Below, piece by piece: positions 1 to 8,646 of a DNA stretch of 32,192 bases (the stretch's first letter is position 1; every line of letters starts with the position of its first letter). A program made the position numbers and the translations under genes. The stretch is taken from positions 1 to 32,192 of the forward strand of contig JAEYZV010000208.1 of assembly GCA_023427865.1 (NCBI GenBank), written 5' to 3'. The notes beneath the pieces were generated by a model. That model was not told where the DNA came from, searched no databases, and saw only the letters and a list, made by a program, of their open reading frames with translations. The DNA comes from Acidobacteriota bacterium (GTDB lineage: Bacteria; Acidobacteriota; Vicinamibacteria; Vicinamibacterales; Vicinamibacteraceae).

Positions 1-39
1 GTGCTCCTGCTCACGATCTGGACCGCCTGGAGCCAGTGA
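1..39 (+). CDS. 3' end of a truncated gene, probably a membrane protein
   Basis: Frame 1 reads VLLLTIWTAWSQ* (hydrophobic, TGA at 37-39), convergent with the MTase. Very little sequence is visible. Confidence 0.35.
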   Translation: MLLLTIWTAWSQ

Positions 40-99
40 GCCGGGACGCAGGGACCGGGGGAACGCGCGCCCTTGTGGCCCGGTCGGCGCGGCCCGGGC

Positions 100-3000
100 C
101 TACGAACTGCAAGGGCCGCCGGGCGGCGACGAATCGTACGGCGCCCGGCCCGGCAGCAACCGCGCACGCACGCGCTCGGGCAGCCGTGGGAAGTCACCGA
201 GGACCACCGCCATCTGCGTGGCGTCTAGGCCGTACAGGGAGGCCGCCGTCGCATGCAGGTCAGCGGCGGCCGCCTCATCGCCCGGACAGCGCATCAGACG
301 CAGCGTGAGCCTCACGACGCGCCTTCGCCGCAGATCGCCCGCGTCGACGCGAGGCACGGGCAGGGTGGCCATCAGCTTCGTGGTCACGTGCGCGCCAAGG
401 TAACGGCGCACGAACCAGTCGGCGACCACGCTGTTCAGCATGCCGCACAGATACAGCTGCGTCGCGAGTCCGGTGCGCGTGCGCAGGCAGAACAGCGTGT
501 GGGTCGACACGCACGCTGGCGGCAGCAGTGCGGCGATCAACGAGCGTGTGTTGGTCGGCGAGGAGACGTCGCGGTACGCAAGGCGCCAGCGCCGCCACGA
601 TCCCTCAGAGAGCAGGGACGCGGCGTCGGCCTCGTCGATCCACGGGCCGTCGTCATCCGGGCGGACGCTGAACGGCTGCACGTGCTTGCCATCCACGACG
701 ACGATCGGGATCGCGCCGGGCGCACGACGCAGCCGCCCGCGGTCGTCCGTGGCGTTCAGCTCTCGGCCGAACCGCAGATCCCAACCGCCGGGCCCGAGTC
801 GCGGCCACGCGATGAGCCGCTCGAGCAGCGCGAGCTCTTCGCCATTGCGCAGGTGCGGCACGGCTTCCGTCTCGCCTCCTGCCTGTTGGAGCAGTCTTCG
901 CGCCAGCAACCGCGGCGGCGAGGCCGGCGTGTGCCGCCTCAGGCGCAGGTGCGGTGCGTCGTCCACGAGCAGGTGGTCCGTCGATGCGCCCGTGGCCCCG
1001 CTCAGCGCAACGATCCGCATCGAGCGATGGATGGGGAACAGCCCTTCGCGGTTGTCCACGACCGAGACCCGGTCCACCAAGACCTGATCGAACACGAGGC
1101 GACGCAGGCCGGCGGCGCCGTGATCCGCGAGTACGCTGCCCGGCAGCAGGCAGCCGATGCGGCCGCCGTGACGCGCCAGCTGCAGCAGCCGTTCCACGAA
1201 CAACTGGTAGCTGTTCACGTGCCCGCTCGAGGCGCGGTACAGCCCGCTCTCGCGCACGAAACGCTGGAGCGGTCGTATGTCGTCGCGCCGCGTGGCGCGA
1301 TCGTCGTCGCTGCCGAGATCGCCGCGCAGCATCTCCCACGGCGGGTTCGCCACGACCGCGTCGAAGCCGCCATGACCGCCATCGAACACATCCGGGAACT
1401 CGAGACCCCAGTGCAGGCAGGCCTGCGCACGCGCCAGTTCCACCCATCGTCGTCGACAGGCTTCGACGTGGCTGGTGGTGTTCGTGCCTGTCCGTATCGC
1501 CTCGTCCACGCTGCGCCACACCGGCGCCGGCTCACGCGCCGCGTCCATGGCTGCCCCGCACCACGCGTCGGCACGCGTGCGCCAGGTGGCGAGCACGATG
1601 TCGTCGCGCAGGGACGCATGTTGCCGTGACTTCTCGCGCACATCGCCAGCCGTCTCGGTCGGTCGTGCCGCGAGCGCGGCGAGCAGCGGGCCCACACGCG
1701 CCGCCTCGTGGTGCCACTGCTGGAGATCGAACAACGGGAGTTGACCAACCGTTGGCCGCCGCCCGCCACGCTCGCGGACCGGAGCGCGAGCCAGCAGCGC
1801 AGCAGGCGAGACGCCGATCAGGCTGTTCCCGCAGCGCAGGTGCGCATCCAGCCACGTGAGCGGACGGTCCGGCGCGAGCGAGAGCAGCCACATCGAGAGC
1901 CGCGCCACCTGCACAGCACGCGGGTCGACATCCACGCCGAAGAGACACTGCTCGGCGATGCGCCGCGGCAGGGCGTCGCGCTCCCGCCGCGGCACGTCGA
2001 GCGGCCCCCCACGCCCCTCCCGCACCCAGGCGGCTTCCACGGCACCCACGAGGTACCGCAGCGCGCTGGCGAGCAGCGCGCCACTGCCCATGGCCGGATC
2101 GAGTACGCGCAACGACAGGATCCGCTCCGCCGAGGCGTCGCGCACGAGCGGCTCGAGGACCCGGTGCACGATCAGGTCGGCGAGTGCGGTCGGCGTGTAG
2201 TACGCCCCCGTTCCCTTCCGCAGCAGGCTTGCGCCAGCCGACGATGCCGACATCAGGTGCTCGTAGATCGACCCGAGGTGCTCCACACCGAGTTCGGCCA
2301 TGTCGATCGGTTCGCCGGCACCCGTGCCGCGGCCGGTCAGGCAAGCCAGCAGGCCCGCCACGGCGGCGTCAGGCAGGCGGGCTCCGCCTCGCGTGGCGAG
2401 CGCCGCGTCGAACAGCGGACCGTTCAGGGCGTTGACGCGCAGATTGCCGAGTCGCCCGCCCTGCCGACCGAGGCGACCCACCGCAACGAGGCTCTCGTGC
2501 AGCCCCACGGACGGCCCGCCGGGGCGCCGCTCCTCCTGCGAAAGCCCCGTGACGGAGTAGCTGCGTCGGTACGCCTCGTGCCACGTCGGGACCAGCTGCC
2601 GCGACTCGGCGAACAGGAGGAACAGCCACTGGAAGACGAGGGCGACGTGCGCGTTGCGATCTCCAGGCGCGCGGTTCTGCAGCGTGGTGAGCACCTCGGC
2701 GACGCCCTCGCGCAGCGCAGCGGCGGCCACCGCCGTCGATGATGCACTCGACGAGACGAGCCGCGTGAGCCAGGACGCGCGGCCGTGGCCGGCGCGTGCA
2801 GGGGGCGCCTGCCCGAGCAGCCACAGCACCTGCCAGACGCGCGCATCCATCGACGCGGCGGTCAGGTCGAGCGCCAGGTGTTCACGCGCATACGGCCGCG
2901 TAGCGTCGTACCACCGCCACGAGACGCCATTGCACACGCTCACCCATGACGCGCCGCGTTCGGCGCCCGCGCGCGTACACGCTCGTTGCAGGCCGTCCTG

Positions 3001-3333
3001 CGTGGTTCCCCACGGAAGCGCCATGAGAACCACCGCCGCTGCGCCGAGCTGCGCAGACGCCACGCGCAGCGGGATGCCCGCCAACCGCGCCACTTCCGGG
3101 GCGCCGGGAACCCAGCCGAGCGCCTCTGCGCACGGGCGAACGAGGTGCGACCACACCGCGGTGGCACCGGATGCCGGCCCGAGCACCTCGCCCGCGGAGT
3201 GCCAGACGCGAACGCATCGGTGCATCGCGTCCGTAGCAGCCGTCTCGTGGAAGTCCTGCAGGAGCAGGGTCGAGAGCTGACGCTCCAGCACGCGCGCAGC
3301 GATGCGTCCACCGGATATCCACGGCGCGCTCAC
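100..3333 (-). CDS. Type IIG/Eco57I-like (DrmMI-like) N6-adenine DNA methyltransferase with TRD; N-terminal nuclease-like domain looks degenerate
   Basis: Motifs RKGTGAYYTP, VLDPAMGSGALL (motif I), LFGVDVDPRAVQVARLSMWL and GFDAVVANPPW (motif IV). TRD-like WRLAYRDVSSPTNTRSLIAALLP. Start overlaps the helicase stop. Confidence 0.85.
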   Translation of the reverse strand: MSAPWISGGRIAARVLERQLSTLLLQDFHETAATDAMHRCVRVWHSAGEVLGPASGATAVWSHLVRPCAEALGWVPGAPEVARLAGIPLRVASAQLGAAAVVLMALPWGTTQDGLQRACTRAGAERGASWVSVCNGVSWRWYDATRPYAREHLALDLTAASMDARVWQVLWLLGQAPPARAGHGRASWLTRLVSSSASSTAVAAAALREGVAEVLTTLQNRAPGDRNAHVALVFQWLFLLFAESRQLVPTWHEAYRRSYSVTGLSQEERRPGGPSVGLHESLVAVGRLGRQGGRLGNLRVNALNGPLFDAALATRGGARLPDAAVAGLLACLTGRGTGAGEPIDMAELGVEHLGSIYEHLMSASSAGASLLRKGTGAYYTPTALADLIVHRVLEPLVRDASAERILSLRVLDPAMGSGALLASALRYLVGAVEAAWVREGRGGPLDVPRRERDALPRRIAEQCLFGVDVDPRAVQVARLSMWLLSLAPDRPLTWLDAHLRCGNSLIGVSPAALLARAPVRERGGRRPTVGQLPLFDLQQWHHEAARVGPLLAALAARPTETAGDVREKSRQHASLRDDIVLATWRTRADAWCGAAMDAAREPAPVWRSVDEAIRTGTNTTSHVEACRRRWVELARAQACLHWGLEFPDVFDGGHGGFDAVVANPPWEMLRGDLGSDDDRATRRDDIRPLQRFVRESGLYRASSGHVNSYQLFVERLLQLARHGGRIGCLLPGSVLADHGAAGLRRLVFDQVLVDRVSVVDNREGLFPIHRSMRIVALSGATGASTDHLLVDDAPHLRLRRHTPASPPRLLARRLLQQAGGETEAVPHLRNGEELALLERLIAWPRLGPGGWDLRFGRELNATDDRGRLRRAPGAIPIVVVDGKHVQPFSVRPDDDGPWIDEADAASLLSEGSWRRWRLAYRDVSSPTNTRSLIAALLPPACVSTHTLFCLRTRTGLATQLYLCGMLNSVVADWFVRRYLGAHVTTKLMATLPVPRVDAGDLRRRRVVRLTLRLMRCPGDEAAAADLHATAASLYGLDATQMAVVLGDFPRLPERVRARLLPGRAPYDSSPPGGPCSS

Positions 3334-5600
3334 GGGACGTTCCCCGGCGGCGCGTCAGCGGCCAGCCAATCGGCCGCTGCCGTGAATCCGCGTCGGGTGA
3401 TGAGCGCGTCCGTGCGGACGTGCGTCCAGCTCGTCATGCGACGCGCTTCCAGGACGGAAGGCTGCTCTTCCACGCGGAAGAGATCGCGGTCCTGCGAACG
3501 CTCGCGACTGGCGGCGACCGACGCGGCGCGGGCCCACGTGTGCATGCGGTGTGCCAGGCGTGTGGCGCGCGCCACCGGAGCGGAGAACAACCGGCAAAGC
3601 GACTCTGCGGAATCGACCGGGCCGATCTCTCGCACGGCGAGCGTGGCGTGAAGACGAGACGTTGACAGCGGCGCGTCGGAGGTGATCGCGATCGTTCCTG
3701 CCCACACCCCTCGCGCGCCCGGGGGCAGCTGCCAACGCTCGGACAGTCGCCGCCAGCGGCCAGGCGCGACTACGCATCGCGCGACCACGATGCCGGGCGC
3801 TCTCGCTGCGGCACGCCGGGTCATGGGCGGTGGCGTGACGTCTCGCGCGGCCAGGATGCGTGACGCCAGCGCCGACCTGCGACAGGTGCCTCTCGTGTGG
3901 CCAGGCCACCCGGCATCGTCCTGCGCACGCCGGGCGATGCGTGCGAGCGCGTCGCGGTCCTCGACCGTGTCGCTCGCCATCACCATCGCGTGAACGCGGC
4001 GTGGCTGTCCGTAGCGGTCGACACGCCCGATCCGCTGCTCGAGGACGCGGGCCGAGGGGGGCACCTCGGCGTGCACGACGAGGCGGCACCGCGCATGAAG
4101 GTTCAGGCCTTCGGCAGACGCGTCGGTCGTGACGAGGACGTCGGCGTCTCCCTGCGTGAACGCCGCGATCGCATCGGCGCGCAAGGCATCCGGCTGGCTG
4201 CCGTGCACGACGACCACCCGTCGCCCGTGCAGCGCGGCGCGCAGCGCGCGCAGGGTGTCCACGTACGCGGTGAAGACGACGGCCGGTTCGTTCACACGGC
4301 GGAGGAGTCGGGCCACGGCCTCGATCTTGCGTCCGGCTGCAGCAAGACGCTGAGCATGCGCGAGCAGCGCCGCGAGCTCGGCGCGCTCGGACCGCTCGTC
4401 CTCCCAGGCCGGCATCCGCATCATTTCCGCATCGTCATCGTCCTGATCGCAGGCGACGTCGAAGAGACCGGGACCGCGATCGGATCGTGTGCTTCCCGCC
4501 GTGCCGAGGACCTCCAGGCGCCGTTCGAGCGAGCGAACGACCGCCGCCGGACACGAGGCCGCGCGGCGTCGCAGCACCAGGGCCGGCAGCAATCCCGCGG
4601 GGCCGATCTCGTGCCTGGCGCGATGCGCGAATCGATCGAGCCTGGCGCAAAGGGCGGCATGCGCCAGGTCGAGGCGGACCTGCAGCACGTGCGTGCGGCG
4701 CGGCATCCGCTCCAGCCACGCGGCTGGCCGGCGAAGCACTGCCATCGGGTGTTCACCGGCACGCTGGCCGATCGCGCGCAACGAGGTGACGCCCTGGAGA
4801 CCACCCGCGGTCGGTGTGGCGGTGAGGAGCAGCAGGCGCATGCTTGCCATCGCCACGCGCCGCACGGCTGCCAGGCGGGCGGTCCCCGGCGCAGCCAGGT
4901 GCGCCTCGTCGACGACGAGCAGGGTCCATGGCGTGCGCGCCAGCAGCGAGACGACGTCCGGTTGGCGAAGCATGTCCATCGACACGAGCCAGCAGCCGCC
5001 GGCGCGTGACGCGTCCAGCTCGCGCCACGGCCGTGAGGCTTCGCGACGCAACGCCGTCGCGTCGAGCACGGCGGCGTCGATCCGCGCTTTCGCGAGCAGC
5101 TCGTGGCGCCACTGCACGAGCAGGCCAGCGGGGACGACCACTAGCGTCGACGCCGTGACGTCACGGGCATGCACCTCGTGCAGGAGCACGGCGGCCTGTA
5201 CCGTCTTGCCCATGCCCACCTCGTCGGCGATCAGCAGCCGTCGATGGTGACCGGACAGCACGAGCATCGACGGGACCAACTGCCACGCCACGGCGGTGAT
5301 GGGCAGGCGCCCGGCACGAGACGGCCACCAGGCCGGTGTGCACTCGCGTGCCCACGCGACGACGTGCCGAGCCCAGGCACGCCGGGAGACCGCCTGCGTG
5401 CGTGCCGGCAGCGGCTGGACGTGATCCGGAGGCGAGGCGACGAGGCGCGGTGTGTCGCTGTCGCGCAGCAGGTGCCACGTCGTGACCTCGGCGTTGCTGC
5501 GCACGTCGAGCACGTCCCACACCCTGGCGCGACAGCGCACGCGTGTGTGCAACATCTGCCACTCCCTTGCTGACGCACGTGGCAGCGAGTGCCACGTCAC
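3330..5600 (-). CDS. SNF2-family helicase/translocase (RapA/DrmD-like)
   Basis: LLIADEVGMGKT (Walker A), VVDEAH (Walker B), LTAT (III), TDASAEGLNL (V), EQRIGRVDRYGQ (VI). Confidence 0.85.
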   Translation of the reverse strand: MTWHSLPRASAREWQMLHTRVRCRARVWDVLDVRSNAEVTTWHLLRDSDTPRLVASPPDHVQPLPARTQAVSRRAWARHVVAWARECTPAWWPSRAGRLPITAVAWQLVPSMLVLSGHHRRLLIADEVGMGKTVQAAVLLHEVHARDVTASTLVVVPAGLLVQWRHELLAKARIDAAVLDATALRREASRPWRELDASRAGGCWLVSMDMLRQPDVVSLLARTPWTLLVVDEAHLAAPGTARLAAVRRVAMASMRLLLLTATPTAGGLQGVTSLRAIGQRAGEHPMAVLRRPAAWLERMPRRTHVLQVRLDLAHAALCARLDRFAHRARHEIGPAGLLPALVLRRRAASCPAAVVRSLERRLEVLGTAGSTRSDRGPGLFDVACDQDDDDAEMMRMPAWEDERSERAELAALLAHAQRLAAAGRKIEAVARLLRRVNEPAVVFTAYVDTLRALRAALHGRRVVVVHGSQPDALRADAIAAFTQGDADVLVTTDASAEGLNLHARCRLVVHAEVPPSARVLEQRIGRVDRYGQPRRVHAMVMASDTVEDRDALARIARRAQDDAGWPGHTRGTCRRSALASRILAARDVTPPPMTRRAAARAPGIVVARCVVAPGRWRRLSERWQLPPGARGVWAGTIAITSDAPLSTSRLHATLAVREIGPVDSAESLCRLFSAPVARATRLAHRMHTWARAASVAASRERSQDRDLFRVEEQPSVLEARRMTSWTHVRTDALITRRGFTAAADWLAADAPPGNVP

Positions 5601-5663
5601 GGCTCGCGATCGAAGAAATTCCCGGGAATGTCGCGCGATCCACGTCGCGACACCATGGGGAAC

Positions 5664-5679
5664 AGCAAGAGGGATGCCG
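5664..5679 (-). promoter_or_regulatory. putative sigma54 (-24/-12) promoter for the helicase-MTase pair
   Basis: Minus strand CGGCAT-CCCTC-TTGCT against consensus TGGCAC-N5-TTGCW. GG-N10-GC spacing is exact and the site is intergenic. Confidence 0.55.
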
Positions 5680-5688
5680 ACCGGCGCG

Positions 5689-5946
5689 TCAGGGGCGCAG
5701 CGTCACGAGCGTCGCGCCGAGATGGCTGCGCGGGTCATCGCCGAACGACAGGACGAGGGGGTGCGTGCGCAACACCTGCTGCACGCGTGCGCGTTGCACG
5801 CCGATGCCGCGACCGTGCACGAGACGCACCTCGCGGTACCCGCGCGCGTGTGCTTCCTCGAGGTATGCGTCGACGACATCGGGGATGTCGCGCGGCGCGA
5901 ACGGGTGCAGGTCGAACTCGGGTCCGATCGGGACGACGTGGGTCAT
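5689..5946 (-). CDS. stand-alone Smr/MutS2 C-terminal domain protein
   Basis: DLHPF...VDAYLEEA...VRLVHGRGIG...GATLVTL matches the Smr pattern (DLH, HGxG, GAT). Confidence 0.85.
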   Translation of the reverse strand: MTHVVPIGPEFDLHPFAPRDIPDVVDAYLEEAHARGYREVRLVHGRGIGVQRARVQQVLRTHPLVLSFGDDPRSHLGATLVTLRP

Positions 5947-5956
5947 GGGGAATGAC

Positions 5957-6050
5957 GAATCGCGAACCTTGAATCCCGAGTCCCGAATCCGAACCCCGAA
6001 TCCCGAACTCCGATCCCCGATTCCCGAATCCCGAGTCCCGAGTCCCGAAT
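5957..6050. repeat. degenerate heptamer tandem repeat (GAATCCC/GAGTCCC, about 13-14 units)
   Basis: Directly visible between the Smr start and the queF stop. Confidence 0.9.
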
Positions 6051-6395
6051 CTACTTCTCGTATGTCGCGGTCACCGTCGTCTTGATGCCGCCGCGCGGGG
6101 TGAAATCACCGACCACGGTCATCTTCACGGGAGCGCAGGCGGCGACCAGGTCGTCGAGGATCTGGTTGGTGAGCGCCTCATAGAACACGCCCTTGCTGCG
6201 GAAGTCGAGCAGGTAGTACTTGAGCGACTTCAGTTCGATGCACGTCGCGTCGGGCACGTAGGTGATGCGGATCTCGCCGAAATCGGGCAAGCCGGTCTTG
6301 GGACACATCGACGTGAACTCGGGGCAGCGCGTGTCGATCTCGTAAGGGCGACCGGGGCGGGGGTTGGGGAACGTCTCGATGCCGGGACCAGCCAT
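6051..6395 (-). CDS. queF: 7-cyano-7-deazaguanine (preQ0) reductase QueF, type I
   Basis: [16 protein letters not shown] (catalytic Cys and Asp), [11 protein letters not shown]ueF motif, PRGGI. Start placed at ATG 6395. Confidence 0.93.
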   Translation of the reverse strand: MAGPGIETFPNPRPGRPYEIDTRCPEFTSMCPKTGLPDFGEIRITYVPDATCIELKSLKYYLLDFRSKGVFYEALTNQILDDLVAACAPVKMTVVGDFTPRGGIKTTVTATYEK

Positions 6396-6436
6396 GCTTG
6401 GAGTGTACATCCGCGAAAGTGACGTTTTTTGGCCGA

Positions 6437-6465
6437 TTGACACGTGTTTCGCTTGTCGCTAGCAT
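6437..6465 (+). promoter_or_regulatory. sigma70-type promoter of HU
   Basis: TTGACA (6437-6442), 17-bp spacer, TAGCAT (6460-6465). Confidence 0.7.
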
Positions 6466-6564
6466 ACAACGCCATTGCGTTCCTGCCCGAAATCGTGACA
6501 CGCGCGCCACGAAATCGAGGCCCGCTTCAGCAACTCGCGCGCGTGCATTGGGGGAGACAAGCGG

Positions 6565-6864
6565 ATGGCCCAGGCCCAGAAGATGACCAAGTCGGCGCTC
6601 TTTGCGTACTTCGCTGACAAGTTCGAGGTGAAGCGCACGGAGGTGCGTGACTGGTTCGACGAACTCGCGGCGCTCGCCGAGAAGGAACTGAAGCGCTCGG
6701 GCGAGTTCACGCTCCCCGGTGTGGTCAAGCTGTCGGTGCGCAAGAGCAAGGCGCGCATGGGCCGCAACCCGGCGACCGGCGAGCCCATCAAGATCCCGGC
6801 CAAGACGCGCGTGAAGGCGACCGTGGTGAAGGCCATGAAGGACGCCGTCATGCCGCGCAAGTAG
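6565..6864 (+). CDS. hup: HU-family DNA-binding protein
   Basis: ARMGRNPATGEPIKIPAK signature; GGGAG RBS upstream. Confidence 0.93.
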   Translation: MAQAQKMTKSALFAYFADKFEVKRTEVRDWFDELAALAEKELKRSGEFTLPGVVKLSVRKSKARMGRNPATGEPIKIPAKTRVKATVVKAMKDAVMPRK

Positions 6865-6885
6865 CTTCGTCACGGCAGGAACACG

Positions 6886-6925
6886 AAGGCCCCGCAGGAC
6901 ACCGTCCCGCGGGGCCTTTCCTTTT
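6886..6925 (+). terminator. intrinsic terminator between convergent HU and histidine kinase
   Basis: AAGGCCCCGC...GCGGGGCCTT stem followed by TCCTTTT. Confidence 0.75.
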
Positions 6926-8646
6926 CAGCTGGTCGTGATCCGCGTCAGCCGCGGGAACGTCAGCGTGAAGCGGCTGCCCTCGCCGACCGTGCTCTCCACG
7001 TCGATGGAGCCGCCGAGCTGCTCGACGATCTTGCGCGAGATGGCGAGCCCGAGCCCCAGCCCGCGACGCTTGGTCGTCACGAAGTCCTCGAAGATCGCCT
7101 GCATGCGATCGGCGGGGATGCCGCAGCCCGTGTCGCACACGCGGACGTGTACCTGCGAGGCGCTGCCGCCGACCTCGATCCACACCCGTCCGCCAGGCGG
7201 CGTGGCCTGCAGCGCGTTGAGCACCAGGTTGCGCAGCACGCGTCCGAGCGCGAACAGGTCGCCCTCGATGTACAGCGGCTGGGGCGGTGCCGTCCCGGAG
7301 TCCACCGTCACTCCGGCCACCGAACCCTGCGCCTGCATGCGCTCGACGACGTCGAGCATCAGCTTGCCGGCGTCGATCGGGAACTTCTCGAGCGGGATGG
7401 GACGCGCGAGGTTGCGGAGGTCCTCGAACGTCCGCTGGATGGTCGAGAACTCCCTCTTCACCAGGCGCGCGAAGGTCGCGCGGTACTCGGGGTCATCGTG
7501 CATCTGCAGCACGAGCTTGCAGTTGTTGTTGATGTTCTGGATGGGATGCGACAGGTCGTGCACGAGGCCCGCCGCGATGCGTCCGAACATCGCCTGACGC
7601 TCCTGGCGGATCGCCGCCTGCTGCAGCTCGCCGAGCTTGTCGGCCGTGGCGTTGAACGCGTCGCCGAGCATCCTGAACTCGTCGTCGCGCGTGATGTGTA
7701 CGCGTCGGTCGAGGCGCCCTTCCCCGATCGCCTGGATTGCCGACAGCAGGTCCTCTATCGGCTTCAGCAGGGATCGACCGAAGGCGATGCCGATGCCGAT
7801 GTTTGCCAGCAGCGCCAGCGTCGCGAACAGCAGCAGCTGACGCTCGAGTCGACGCGCCGGCGCGAACGCGTCCTCCACCGGCTGCTCGATGATCAGCCGC
7901 CACCGGTCGGGCGTCACCGGCGCGCTCGACACCCCCAGCACCGCCTCGCCGTTCTCGTTCACGTACACGTCGTCCGACGGTGTCACGCTGTGCGCCAGCG
8001 GATGGGCGTCGGCAAGGTGCTGCCGTTGCGCGATCCGTCTCTTCCCGCCGCCGCGACCGTCCGCGATGATGCGGCCGGCCTCGTCGACGAGATACGCGCG
8101 GCCGTTCGTGCCCACCCGGACGCCATCGACGAGATGCCACAGCTGCTCGAGGCGCAACTCCGCGACCAGGAACGTCGCGAGCCGCTCGCCCAGCGGCACC
8201 CTCATCCGCGCGCGCGGCAGCTGGTCCTCGTCGAGGTCGACAGGCAGGAGGATCGGCTGCGCCGGCGAGGAGCACGGCGCGGGTAGTGGCGGCGGCATGG
8301 CGCCGAGATCGCTCGTGGCGACGGGTGTGCAGTTGGCGTCGAACAGCGTGATCGACTTGATCTCCTGCATCAGGTGCAGGTGATTGCGGAGCACCTGGTT
8401 CTGCTGCGCGCGAGACAATCCGACGGCCTCCAGGTCTGCGCCGGCCGATGTCACGAGCCTGTAGCTCGCGTCGACGTACAGCTCGATGGCGCTTGCGGCC
8501 CTGGCGGCAATGGCCCGGTGGTTCTCGACCACGGAGTCGCGAGTCGAACGGCTCAGGGTGCGGCCCGCGACGAGGCCGAAGACGAGGAGGGGCGCGAGGG
8601 CTGCGGTGGTGACCAGGAGCGCCATGCGCCGCGTGATCGGGATCAT
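6925..8646 (-). CDS. sensor histidine kinase (TM, Cache-like periplasmic domain, TM, HAMP, HisKA, HATPase; NtrB/NtrY-like)
   Basis: H-box LVHDLSHPI, N-box LRNLVLNALQA, DTGCGI, FVTTK, GLGLGL, and two TM segments. ATG 8646 overlaps the upstream TGA (ATGA) and has a GGAGAGG RBS. Confidence 0.92.
   Translation of the reverse strand: MIPITRRMALLVTTAALAPLLVFGLVAGRTLSRSTRDSVVENHRAIAARAASAIELYVDASYRLVTSAGADLEAVGLSRAQQNQVLRNHLHLMQEIKSITLFDANCTPVATSDLGAMPPPLPAPCSSPAQPILLPVDLDEDQLPRARMRVPLGERLATFLVAELRLEQLWHLVDGVRVGTNGRAYLVDEAGRIIADGRGGGKRRIAQRQHLADAHPLAHSVTPSDDVYVNENGEAVLGVSSAPVTPDRWRLIIEQPVEDAFAPARRLERQLLLFATLALLANIGIGIAFGRSLLKPIEDLLSAIQAIGEGRLDRRVHITRDDEFRMLGDAFNATADKLGELQQAAIRQERQAMFGRIAAGLVHDLSHPIQNINNNCKLVLQMHDDPEYRATFARLVKREFSTIQRTFEDLRNLARPIPLEKFPIDAGKLMLDVVERMQAQGSVAGVTVDSGTAPPQPLYIEGDLFALGRVLRNLVLNALQATPPGGRVWIEVGGSASQVHVRVCDTGCGIPADRMQAIFEDFVTTKRRGLGLGLAISRKIVEQLGGSIDVESTVGEGSRFTLTFPRLTRITTS

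Noticed and set aside
100..5600. Complete DISARM or BREX system
   Set aside because: Only the SNF2 and MTase genes are present; no drmA/B/C or pglZ/brxC.
100..6395. queF near helicase/MTase as a 7-deazaguanine DNA-modification (dpd) island
   Set aside because: No dpdA/tgt, queC/D/E or folE in the window; this QueF looks like the ordinary tRNA queuosine enzyme.
6396..6564. preQ1 riboswitch upstream of queF
   Set aside because: No recognisable aptamer, and queF appears leaderless.
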